From sequence record OQ411014.1: DNA of 64,000 bases. One strand, 5' to 3'. The notes beneath the pieces are model-generated. The model was not told the DNA's origin, ran no database searches, and worked only from the letters and a program-made list of their open reading frames with translations. This DNA comes from Escherichia phage EJP2. Below are positions 45,286-56,448 of the stretch, one piece after another (positions within the stretch are counted from its first letter, which is position 1; each line of letters begins with the position of its first letter). A program made the position numbers and the translations under genes.

Positions 45286-47931
45286 ATGGCTGATCTATTA
45301 TCACCAGGTGTAAGTGTAACAGTCACTGATGAGTCAATGAGCGGTGCTTCTGCTCCAGGGACTGTCCCACTTATCATCATTGCAACTGCACAAGACAAAT
45401 TGGTTCCAGGCAGCACATCTGTTGCACCAGGGACTCTCAAAGCGAACGCTGGTAAACTACAGCTACTAACTTCACAAAAAAATGCCCTTGACGTATTCGG
45501 GACACCTATTTTTCAGAAACATTTAGGTTCAGTAGTTCAAGGCGACGAATTAAACGAATACGGCTTACATGCTGCTTATTCATATTTGGGAATTGCAAAC
45601 CGTGCTTATGTAGTACGTGCTGACATCGACCTAGCACAGCTAGCACCAACTGGTACTGCACCAACTGGCCCTGTTACCAACGGTAAACTATGGTTAGATA
45701 CTACTGCAAGTCAAGTTGAAGCATATGTTGCTAAGAAAGATGACCCACAATCATTCTACGACTGGCAACTAAAACCAGTACGCATCGTTAGTGCGGCTGA
45801 TATTGCTGATGTTGATACTATTGGTCTAAACGTTGATGACCTAGTACTACGTTACAACCCAGCGAATGGTCAACTACTAATGTACAAATTTTCTGCTGCT
45901 GGTCTAGTTCAAGTTGAAACTTACCTATCACCAATCAACAAAGTACCATCAGGTATTGAATACAATGAAGGTGATATTTGGATTCGTGATGGTTTCACTA
46001 AATCTGGTTCTAACTACTTCGGTACTCGTTTTGTTATTAAACGTTATGCTTCTCTAACTCGCGTATGGCAGAATGTTGATACCTTTACTGGTACAAGTTT
46101 CTATGAAATTGAATCTAAAACTGGTGTAATGTCGTCTTCTTACATCACTGCACTATTCGATTATGATAGTAATAGTTTCTCCTTCTATATGCAACGTGCT
46201 TCATTACCTACCGTTACCGCTGGTGCAGTTCCAGTTGGTCAATCTTCGGTAAACACTGCTGCTGTTGATGGTTTCTTAACTGTTAATTATCTAAATAAAT
46301 CCGTTAAAGTACTAGCAGTACTACAAGGTCAACTAATTAATGCTGCTGTTATCATTGAAAATTTGAATAAGAGTTCAGTACTAATTAACGCAGGTTTCAC
46401 ATTCACTGGAACACAAGATGTTGTCATTACTAACCGTAATGGATATAGTTTTAAAGTGAGTCAATCAGACGAAGTGATTTTTAGCCAACAAGAACTCAAG
46501 AAACTAACTCAAGATAGCAGTAACTATGCACTAGTTAACGTTAACAACCTAGTAACTTCAGCAACCGAACCACGTGCTGTTGCACCAGAAGGTACTTACT
46601 GGTATGACTTTAGTAACTCTGACAATCTTGAAGTAACTCTTTATACTGCTAATACCAGTACTGAAGATTGGGATCTAGTAATTGCTAGTGACAAGTACAT
46701 CCAAGTTGATGAACCTGCTGCTGACCGTTCTTTCTGGGTTCTACCACTATCTCAAGGTATTGATGGTTATGAGTTCTATCGTAACGTAAATGGTGAGTGG
46801 ATTAAACTAGATCCAGCAGACCAAAGTACTCTAAACGGTATGATTTACGAAGACTTCAATGACGAAGTACCAAGTGCTAACCTATACCAAAACGGTATGC
46901 TTGCAATTGACCTAGGCAATACTGAAGGTGTTGTTAAACAAATGGTTAATGGTAAGTGGGTAGTAGTAAGTGGTGTTGCTATTGATGGTTCTGGTCTATT
47001 TGGTCGTCATGCACAACGTCAAATGATTGTTGAAGCTATGGCATCTGTTATCGTTAGCAACGAAGCGATTCGTTCTGAGACTGTCGATTTCAACCTAGCG
47101 GTTGCTCCTGGTTATGTTGAACTACTAGATGAACTAGTAACTCTAAACACTGACCGTAAAGAAACATCTTTCTTGATTACTGATGTTCCAGCACGTTTGA
47201 AACCTTCCAGTACTGACGTACAAGAATGGGCTACTAACGCTAACAACGCTCCAAGTAACGGTGATATCGGTCGTGTAACTGCATACGATTACGCTGCACA
47301 ATACATGGGTTGGTGCTTAGGTACTAACGTTGATGGTGAAGAAGTTGCTATTCCTGGTTCTTCTGTTGCACTACGTACCTATGCGTACAGTGACAGTGTT
47401 TCTTATGTATGGTATCCACCAGCAGGTACTGCACGTGGTGTTGTTTCCAACGCTGCTTCAGTAGGCTTCATCAATGATGAAGGCGAATATGAGCCAGTAG
47501 TTTACAACCAAGGCCAACGTGATATCATGTATATCAACAAGATTAACCCGATTGCAATGCGTCCAAACCGTGGTCTACTAGTTTATGGTGATAAGACACT
47601 AACTGCGAACGAAACTTCAGCACTAGCGAACGTAAACGTAGCACGTCTAATCGTATACATTCGTCGTCAACTAGACATTCTTGCTGAACCATTCCTATTC
47701 CGTCTAAACACCCCAAGTACTCGTCAGGAGTTCGCTGGTGTAGTGAACAGCTTCCTAGCAGAAATCGTTCAACTAAATGGCCTATACGACTTTACTGTTG
47801 TGTGTGATGAATCAAACAACACCCCAACTCGTATTGACCGTACTGAACTATGGATGGATATTGCGATTCAACCAACTCGTACAATTAACTACATTTATGT
47901 ACCAATTCGTATCGAGAAAACTCAAGCATAA
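45286..47931 (+). CDS. tail sheath protein
   Basis: 881 aa; N-terminus ADLLSPGVSV and C-terminus IDRTELWMDIAIQPTRTINYIYV resemble the T4 gp18 termini as recalled; followed by tube genes. Confidence 0.8.
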   Translation: MADLLSPGVSVTVTDESMSGASAPGTVPLIIIATAQDKLVPGSTSVAPGTLKANAGKLQLLTSQKNALDVFGTPIFQKHLGSVVQGDELNEYGLHAAYSYLGIANRAYVVRADIDLAQLAPTGTAPTGPVTNGKLWLDTTASQVEAYVAKKDDPQSFYDWQLKPVRIVSAADIADVDTIGLNVDDLVLRYNPANGQLLMYKFSAAGLVQVETYLSPINKVPSGIEYNEGDIWIRDGFTKSGSNYFGTRFVIKRYASLTRVWQNVDTFTGTSFYEIESKTGVMSSSYITALFDYDSNSFSFYMQRASLPTVTAGAVPVGQSSVNTAAVDGFLTVNYLNKSVKVLAVLQGQLINAAVIIENLNKSSVLINAGFTFTGTQDVVITNRNGYSFKVSQSDEVIFSQQELKKLTQDSSNYALVNVNNLVTSATEPRAVAPEGTYWYDFSNSDNLEVTLYTANTSTEDWDLVIASDKYIQVDEPAADRSFWVLPLSQGIDGYEFYRNVNGEWIKLDPADQSTLNGMIYEDFNDEVPSANLYQNGMLAIDLGNTEGVVKQMVNGKWVVVSGVAIDGSGLFGRHAQRQMIVEAMASVIVSNEAIRSETVDFNLAVAPGYVELLDELVTLNTDRKETSFLITDVPARLKPSSTDVQEWATNANNAPSNGDIGRVTAYDYAAQYMGWCLGTNVDGEEVAIPGSSVALRTYAYSDSVSYVWYPPAGTARGVVSNAASVGFINDEGEYEPVVYNQGQRDIMYINKINPIAMRPNRGLLVYGDKTLTANETSALANVNVARLIVYIRRQLDILAEPFLFRLNTPSTRQEFAGVVNSFLAEIVQLNGLYDFTVVCDESNNTPTRIDRTELWMDIAIQPTRTINYIYVPIRIEKTQA

Positions 47932-47947
47932 TTTGTGAAATAATAAA

Positions 47948-47975
47948 GGGAACCTTATGGTTCCCTTTTTCTTTT
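47948..47975 (+). terminator. hairpin gggaacc/ggttccc followed by T5
   Basis: perfect 7-bp stem, loop ttat. Confidence 0.8.
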
Positions 47976-48051
47976 CTAGTAACTACATTATGTGATAATT
48001 TTCTGATAAATATATTAAAGATAATTTTCCTTGTGAATTGGAGATCAATAC

Positions 48052-48741
48052 ATGGCAAATATGATAGATAAATATGGAGTCCCACTTCCTGGTGGTGGTC
48101 GCATTTCCATGAAGCAACCTAAAGCGAAATATAAGTTTCGTGTTATCTTCTTTGGCTTTGGTGTCGGGGATGATGGCAACTACATTACTGTAGATACAAA
48201 TACTGTTGGTGCAGTTCATGTGGAACACGAAGATGTAACCGTACATAGCTATAACAGTTCTGCACACTATAAAGGTAAGTACACTTGGAGTCCAATCGAA
48301 GTTGCTTTTCGTGATAGCGTTGGTAACATGAGTGCGAAAGCAGTTTACAACCAAATGCGTAAAGAATTTAACTACTACACCCAAGAATCCCGTATGACTG
48401 ACTCACAGTTCAAGTTCGAAATGTGGATTCAAGAGCTAGACGGTTCTAACAGTGAATCCACTACCAACCTATTCGAAGGTACTCTAAGTACTTGGGTATG
48501 TCAGGGTTGCTTTATTTCTGACTCTAACTTCGGTGAATGGGATTACTCCAGCAGTGATGCACAAGTAATCACCATGACTGTACGACCAGATGGTTGTGCA
48601 AAACTAGGTCCAGAAGGTCAACCATTCGGTGATGAAGTTTCCGGTAACGGTACTCCAGAAAACGCTACTAGTATTAGTGGTGCACAAACTGCAATTTCAA
48701 GTACTTCTATTACTGATAGTAACTTCTACAACGAACAATAA
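48052..48741 (+). CDS. putative tail tube protein (paralog 1)
   Basis: directly downstream of sheath; MANMIDKYGVPLPGGGRISMKQPKAKYKFRVI paralogous to the next ORF. Confidence 0.5.
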   Translation: MANMIDKYGVPLPGGGRISMKQPKAKYKFRVIFFGFGVGDDGNYITVDTNTVGAVHVEHEDVTVHSYNSSAHYKGKYTWSPIEVAFRDSVGNMSAKAVYNQMRKEFNYYTQESRMTDSQFKFEMWIQELDGSNSESTTNLFEGTLSTWVCQGCFISDSNFGEWDYSSSDAQVITMTVRPDGCAKLGPEGQPFGDEVSGNGTPENATSISGAQTAISSTSITDSNFYNEQ

Positions 48742-48768
48742 TAATAAAAGTACTTTTCAGTACTACAA

Positions 48769-48800
48769 AAGCCTTGGAAAAACATTCCGAGGCTTTTTTT
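48769..48800 (+). terminator. hairpin agccttgg/ccgaggct followed by T7
   Basis: 8-bp stem with one G-U pair. Confidence 0.6.
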
Positions 48801-48846
48801 ATGCTAAATAAATGATAATATGTTTTTTACAGATAGAGGTTACTTT

Positions 48847-49620
48847 ATGGCAAATATGTTAGACAAATACGGTGTACCGCTACCTAGTGGAGCTAACCGT
48901 ACAATGCTCCAGCCAAAAGCAAAGTATAAATTCAGAGTAATTGTATACAATTTCGGTACTGAGATTGATGAACGTGATCACATCGCACTGGACGTTGATG
49001 CAGTAGATAGACCAAGCATTACATTCAAAACACATAAGGTGTTTCAGTTCACCACGAACTCATCCTATGTTGGTAGCCACGACTGGAACCCAATTAAATT
49101 AACAATTCGTGATTCTATTGGTAACAAAAGTACTAAAGCGATTTCACGTCAATTACAAAAACAACTTGACTTTCAACGTAGGATTACGGCAAAATCAGAA
49201 CAGGATTATTCAGGCTATAAGTTCGGCATGATTATCCAAATGCTAAATGGTAGAAATAGTGATGATTCTCTTGACAATCTAGGAAGAGACACTATAATTG
49301 ATGCTGCAACTGCTGCAACCAATAATGGTGGTTTAGTTAACGCTGTGGATCAATTCCTAGGTGGAAGCAACTACAACAGTGCTGGAGTTATGGAGTACTT
49401 TGTATGTACTGGTTGTATCATAACTGATACCGACTATGATTCACTGGACTACTCTTCAAGTGCACCATTGAAAATATCCCTTACTATTAAGCCGGATACT
49501 GTACATCAATTTGATTCAATTGAGGAAATGTATAAAACCCGCATATCTTCTTTACTACCAGATGGTGTGAATCAGGGTCTTGATATACTTGATCGCATAA
49601 TCGGTTCAGTAGGTTTATAA
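48847..49620 (+). CDS. putative tail tube protein (paralog 2)
   Basis: start at ATG 48847 (agagg RBS); MANMLDKYGVPLPSGANRTMLQPKAKYKFRVI. Confidence 0.5.
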   Translation: MANMLDKYGVPLPSGANRTMLQPKAKYKFRVIVYNFGTEIDERDHIALDVDAVDRPSITFKTHKVFQFTTNSSYVGSHDWNPIKLTIRDSIGNKSTKAISRQLQKQLDFQRRITAKSEQDYSGYKFGMIIQMLNGRNSDDSLDNLGRDTIIDAATAATNNGGLVNAVDQFLGGSNYNSAGVMEYFVCTGCIITDTDYDSLDYSSSAPLKISLTIKPDTVHQFDSIEEMYKTRISSLLPDGVNQGLDILDRIIGSVGL

Positions 49621-49630
49621 GGAGAATAAT

Positions 49631-51739
<2,109 letters not shown>

Positions 51740-51764
51740 ATGAAACTACTGTTATGGAGTTATT

Positions 51765-52304
51765 ATGAATAATCTACAGAAAATTTTAACAGACAGCTTA
51801 CCAGTACTGGAATACCGCATTAAATTTGCGGTAGAGCCGTCTAAAGAGGATTTGAGTAAAATCCACAATCGCTTGAACGACCGATATGATGCAATTGAGA
51901 TTTCCCCTCTAATGAAATCAATCTTCCAAACACGCCCACTTGAGTTTTATGAACTCGATTGTGGTGAAATTTGGTGGTTAGATTTCAAATGTAATCGTGG
52001 TGTTCAACCTGAAGTACTACTATATGAAATCGGCAATATGCTCAAATGGTCTGAAGCACTATTACGTGTTCGTGGTAAATATGAGCCTATTGAAATCGAA
52101 GATGTACTGGACGATTCTGAAGAATTGGATTTTGATGAAATCGAACCAGTGATTGGTCAGCCATTTGGTGAACCCTTTGAGCCTGAAGCACAGGACATTG
52201 CGGGTCAACAACGTGCTGATGACGCAGTAAAAAATGCAAAAGAACGTTTAGGTAGATCACAGTACAGTAATTATATGTCTGCTGGTTATGGGAAAAAAGG
52301 ATAA
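51765..52304 (+). CDS. hypothetical protein
   Basis: 179-aa ORF. Confidence 0.45.
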   Translation: MNNLQKILTDSLPVLEYRIKFAVEPSKEDLSKIHNRLNDRYDAIEISPLMKSIFQTRPLEFYELDCGEIWWLDFKCNRGVQPEVLLYEIGNMLKWSEALLRVRGKYEPIEIEDVLDDSEELDFDEIEPVIGQPFGEPFEPEAQDIAGQQRADDAVKNAKERLGRSQYSNYMSAGYGKKG

Positions 52305-52307
52305 TAT

Positions 52308-52865
52308 ATGAGTATGTTACACGAACTATTTGAAGATGCCGAACCACTGAATGAGCGTCCTTATTCACGCACTCAATCAGCAATTGACTCCGCTAAGGGT
52401 GGAGTCAAGGGTATGTTCGGCTCCGGTCAAGTTGAGCAAGGAGCACGTGAAGCTGGTGATGTTGCTAACCGTCTATGGGTTGATTTCAAACGTATGATTG
52501 GTCGCAAATACGGAAAAGCTCAATCATCAGTACCTTTTGCTGATGTAGAAGCATTTTTCAAAACTAACCAACTAGATACCAAAGGTCTAGGTTCTAATGC
52601 TAATCGTACATTCACCCCTAAAGATGTAGGTAATGCACTATTAGCAGCAGCACGTGAGCAAGTCACTGCTGAGTATCGTCAATCACCTCCAGAACAAGCC
52701 CCTAACGCACCACAGGCGGCTCCTGCACAGGCACAAAGCGATTCTGAATCAGCACCAGTACCACCACAATCTAACCCCGCAGGACAAGCTGTAGACGGCT
52801 TAGAAGCTAAGATTGCATCACTTTCTAAAGCAGAACGTGACCAATTACTAGCAATGCTAGGGTAA
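52308..52865 (+). CDS. hypothetical protein with Ala/Pro/Gln-rich C-terminus
   Basis: 185-aa ORF. Confidence 0.45.
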   Translation: MSMLHELFEDAEPLNERPYSRTQSAIDSAKGGVKGMFGSGQVEQGAREAGDVANRLWVDFKRMIGRKYGKAQSSVPFADVEAFFKTNQLDTKGLGSNANRTFTPKDVGNALLAAAREQVTAEYRQSPPEQAPNAPQAAPAQAQSDSESAPVPPQSNPAGQAVDGLEAKIASLSKAERDQLLAMLG

Positions 52866-52879
52866 TAGGAGAATAAACC

Positions 52880-54358
52880 ATGATCAATATTTTCGGTACT
52901 AATAATGTAGTACCTAACGGCTACATTTATAAGACACACAAAGGTTCCGAATACATTTTTCTAGAAGGATTCTGGTTCAACCATTCTAATCTAAAGATGG
53001 TTGACCCAGCCAAAACTACTAAAATGAATGAGGCAGCATCCGCACAAATCTTGAAACATAATAGTACTGGGAAGCAAATGATTGGTGAATCTTTTTCCTT
53101 TACTGGTAATGATTATGTATACTTAGGTGAAGGTCGATTCACTGAAAACGGCGTTATAGTCGAATCTTCAGTACTGACTGAACTTATGGCAGATGATGAT
53201 CGCGTATATAAGGTATCCCGTGAAACCCTAAACAAAGAATGGGCTACATTGAACTTCTATATCCTTCCACCACACGCAGAAGATGTTTCTATCCCTGCTG
53301 GTCTTGAAGTTGAAGGGTTCAAATTCGTTCCTAAAGGACAACGTTTCATTGATATGCAAACTGGTCGGCCTGCATCCCCTGAAATGACCCGTAAATTACA
53401 TGCTGCTGGTATGCGTTTAGCGAGACAACAAGCAACATCCAACCAACTAGTTCCAATCAACTCAACTCTAAAGATGGGTAATGCTGTTGCTACTTGGAAT
53501 GGTAAAGATTTTTGTGATAATGATGGCAACGTTGTAGTACCAGCAGCACAAGCATCTAATATTTTCTCCAAATATAAGCAATTTGTACACGCAAACCCTA
53601 ATGATTTCCAGAGTTTAGTACAAGACACTAGCAAAGAACAACGTTTTGGTGTTGGTGAAAAGCCTGTTCAGAAACAACCTGTTACTGAAGCTGATGAAGA
53701 AGGTAAAGGTTTAGTTGTTCCTGACGGATATACTATTGTTTCTAAGTCACAAATCCCGTATTATAAAAAGAATGGTGAGTGGATTTCTACTAAAACTAAG
53801 AAACCAATCAACTCATCTGCTGCTAAGAGTGTTGAACGTGCTGCACAAGTCCGTATTGCTGAATACAACAAGTCCGCACCAGTGAAAATTGGTGAAGAAT
53901 GGACTTCAAGTAAAGGTAAAACTTATACTTATGTAGGTGATGACCGATTTATCAGTACTGATGGAAAGCTAATCCCTAAAGATTCTGCTAAAAAGATTCT
54001 TGCAAAACTCGAAGGTGAGCGTAAAGTAGATACTGATAGTCCTTTGGATACAAAAGACAAAGAGCCTAAAGTTCAAGATGCACCAAAACAAGATGCACCG
54101 AAGAGTGAACCAGAAGTTCAGAGTCAAGAAGAACCAAAACAAGATGCACCGAAGAGTGAACCAACACCTTCCAGTACTGAAAACAGTGAACTGTCATCTT
54201 TAGCTGATGCTATCAAACAACATCCTAAAGCGAGAAAGATCACAGTACTGATGACTCGCGGTGACAAGGTATCATTACTAGCAGCGGATTTGATTCTAGC
54301 TGGTAAGGAACAAGATGCTATCAAGATTTTGAAAGCATTAAATAGTAATGATGAATAA
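52880..54358 (+). CDS. hypothetical protein with C-terminal PKQDAPKSEP repeats
   Basis: 492-aa ORF; internal direct DNA repeat. Confidence 0.5.
   Translation: MINIFGTNNVVPNGYIYKTHKGSEYIFLEGFWFNHSNLKMVDPAKTTKMNEAASAQILKHNSTGKQMIGESFSFTGNDYVYLGEGRFTENGVIVESSVLTELMADDDRVYKVSRETLNKEWATLNFYILPPHAEDVSIPAGLEVEGFKFVPKGQRFIDMQTGRPASPEMTRKLHAAGMRLARQQATSNQLVPINSTLKMGNAVATWNGKDFCDNDGNVVVPAAQASNIFSKYKQFVHANPNDFQSLVQDTSKEQRFGVGEKPVQKQPVTEADEEGKGLVVPDGYTIVSKSQIPYYKKNGEWISTKTKKPINSSAAKSVERAAQVRIAEYNKSAPVKIGEEWTSSKGKTYTYVGDDRFISTDGKLIPKDSAKKILAKLEGERKVDTDSPLDTKDKEPKVQDAPKQDAPKSEPEVQSQEEPKQDAPKSEPTPSSTENSELSSLADAIKQHPKARKITVLMTRGDKVSLLAADLILAGKEQDAIKILKALNSNDE
54082..54163 (+). repeat. perfect about 31-bp direct repeat (accaaaacaagatgcaccgaagagtgaacca) present twice, 51 bp apart
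   Basis: copies at 54082-54112 and 54133-54163 inside the CDS. Confidence 0.8.
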
Positions 54359-54376
54359 TTTATAAGGATTTATGAA

Positions 54377-55351
54377 ATGAAAAACAAAATCAATGAAGCA
54401 TCTATCAAACTTGATGTGAACGGTCTTGAGTCATCTGACTTCGATACCTTATCCCGTATGCTTGCTCTAGCTGGTCAAGCTGAAACACAGGGTGGTAATA
54501 ACCCTGGTATGTCCGAACTACCAAAAATGAAAGCATTCGACTTTGATGCATTTGGTGGTGACGAAGCTGAAGTTGAACCAATTCCTTCTGCTGATCCATT
54601 TGGAGAGCCGGAGGCTGAACTTTCCGTCGAACCAATGGCAGAACCTGAAGTTGGTTCTGAAGAAGAACTTTCTCTTGACTTAGATGGTTCACCGTCACTA
54701 GAATCTGGTGATGAGTTCGAAGAAGATGATTTCGATTTCGGACGTATGTCTGAACTAGCTGGTCTAGGTGAAAGTGTTTCTCTAGCAACTTCAGAAGACG
54801 AAGCTGGTGAAGGTGAAGTAGAAGATGCTGATGAACTTGCCAAAGATGAAGAAGATGCAGCAGCAGAAGAACTTTCTGAAAAACTACTCCCTGACCTATC
54901 TCTAGATGAAGATGCTGAAGCACGATCTGACGATGGTGATCGTCACCACGTTGTGGATTCAAAAGAACATGGTCCATTCAGTACTGAACGTGAAGCTGTT
55001 CATGATGCAATGCGTGTAACCAATGGTACTGAATTCGAACATTTTGCTATCATCCCAGGAAAAGACGGTTATTACTGGAGACGTAACCTACAAGAAGGTT
55101 TCGATAACGAACCAGAACCAGAAGTTGTTGATATGGATGGTATTGAAAATAGTCGTCATGAATTCAAACGTGTTCCAGGAACTGCACTTGGTGATAACCC
55201 ACTAAAAGAATCTGAAGATGAAGACTCAGATAAGTGTGACAAATGCCACGAAGATCCATGTGAGTGTTCGGACGAGAAACTAGATGAAGATGTATCTGAC
55301 ATTCTAGAGAGCATCAATGCTCGCTACAATGAATACATCAAAGGTCTATAA
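54377..55351 (+). CDS. highly acidic low-complexity protein with C-terminal Cys cluster
   Basis: long D/E-rich tracts; CDKCHEDPCEC near the C-terminus; 324 aa. Confidence 0.5.
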   Translation: MKNKINEASIKLDVNGLESSDFDTLSRMLALAGQAETQGGNNPGMSELPKMKAFDFDAFGGDEAEVEPIPSADPFGEPEAELSVEPMAEPEVGSEEELSLDLDGSPSLESGDEFEEDDFDFGRMSELAGLGESVSLATSEDEAGEGEVEDADELAKDEEDAAAEELSEKLLPDLSLDEDAEARSDDGDRHHVVDSKEHGPFSTEREAVHDAMRVTNGTEFEHFAIIPGKDGYYWRRNLQEGFDNEPEPEVVDMDGIENSRHEFKRVPGTALGDNPLKESEDEDSDKCDKCHEDPCECSDEKLDEDVSDILESINARYNEYIKGL

Positions 55352-55352
55352 T

Positions 55353-55748
55353 ATGGATTATCGGTCATTAGTAGAATCTCTTGACAATATAATGCATGGT
55401 GAAGAGGGTTCGGATGAACTCTCTCCACAAGAATTACTAAAAGGGATTGTTCAATCACTACAGGGAATCACAAACTGTATCAGTGCTGAAGAAATCCAAG
55501 ATTATGATGCATTGATAGAAGTTTTGAAAGATGTGAAAAATATGCTTGACGAAGTTCAAGATACCCAATATAATGAACCCCATCAAGACGAGACAGTTGA
55601 AGAAGACCTTCTACCTCTTGATAGTATTGAAGGTAACGAGTTAGGTACTAAAGGTATGGGGCCAACAATCGACAGTGCTGGTAAACAGAACTACGCGAAG
55701 AAAGACGGCAAATCATACGCAGAGCGGAAAGGCTTCGTAGGTCCATAA
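55353..55748 (+). CDS. hypothetical acidic protein
   Basis: start at ATG 55353 immediately after upstream stop. Confidence 0.45.
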   Translation: MDYRSLVESLDNIMHGEEGSDELSPQELLKGIVQSLQGITNCISAEEIQDYDALIEVLKDVKNMLDEVQDTQYNEPHQDETVEEDLLPLDSIEGNELGTKGMGPTIDSAGKQNYAKKDGKSYAERKGFVGP

Positions 55749-55749
55749 T

Positions 55750-56130
55750 ATGATGATGATACCGCCAACTGATCGTACTGACTCCCAGATGGAAGTACTT
55801 TCTAAAATACGGTCAGTACAAGTGGAAAAATCTGACTTAACCGACCGTTTAGTACTGAAGTCTATCTTTGAAAATTACAGATCCGGTTCGGGTATGAGAT
55901 TGAGTAAATTTGGTAAAGAGATGTGCATTGAGCATGAACTCTATGAGTTTGCTAAGTTTAATATCCCTAAAGGAACTAAGAAATCAGTACTGTTTATAAC
56001 GCTTGACAGATTATGCAAAGAGCCGTATTATGTAGAAGGTTTCGATGTGTTTCTGTCGGATGCACAAGTAATAACAGAACTGACATTTTGTTGTGATGAT
56101 TTTGAAAAATTGATTAAACTTTATTTGTGA
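55750..56130 (+). CDS. hypothetical protein
   Basis: 126-aa ORF. Confidence 0.45.
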   Translation: MMMIPPTDRTDSQMEVLSKIRSVQVEKSDLTDRLVLKSIFENYRSGSGMRLSKFGKEMCIEHELYEFAKFNIPKGTKKSVLFITLDRLCKEPYYVEGFDVFLSDAQVITELTFCCDDFEKLIKLYL

Positions 56131-56154
56131 CAAACCAATAAAGTGTGATATAAT
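56125..56154 (+). promoter_or_regulatory. sigma70-like promoter TTGTGA-N18-TATAAT with TGTGA
   Basis: tgtgatataat 56144-56154; family architecture. Confidence 0.5.
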
Positions 56155-56301
56155 AGTTTTACAGTTTACAAGGCACTCTGATTTAAAATAAAATAAAATC
56201 AAAAGTGCCTTCTCTTTTGCCAAAATTTATGATACACTATAAATTCTGACAAAAGCATCTCACTAAAACGAGATGAGTTAAAAAAAGATTTAAAAAAGTG
56301 G

Positions 56302-56330
56302 TTGACAAGGCATTAAGAAGTACGTATAAT
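56302..56330 (+). promoter_or_regulatory. consensus sigma70 promoter TTGACA-N17-TATAAT
   Basis: perfect -35 and -10 hexamers with 17-bp spacer, about 120 bp upstream of the AAA+ gene. Confidence 0.7.
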
Positions 56331-56448
56331 TAATCACATCAAGACGAGAACGTGATTGAACAAATGAGAAAAAGGACTTGACTCTACCAACGGATTTTGG
56401 TAAACTAAACAAACTTTACTTATCATCAATAAATGAGGAATCAATACT

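Noticed and set aside
45286-47931. Identifying the phage precisely as a T4 relative from the sheath and dNMP kinase similarity
   Set aside because: The tube proteins and most neighbours do not resemble T4 counterparts as recalled; the gene set suggests a distant large myovirus, so no genus-level claim is made.
54405-54977. Minus-strand ORFs of 122-190 aa antisense to the acidic protein gene
   Set aside because: Products are low-complexity (L/Q/H-rich or S-rich) mirror images of the GA-rich sense strand; the sense gene has operon context.
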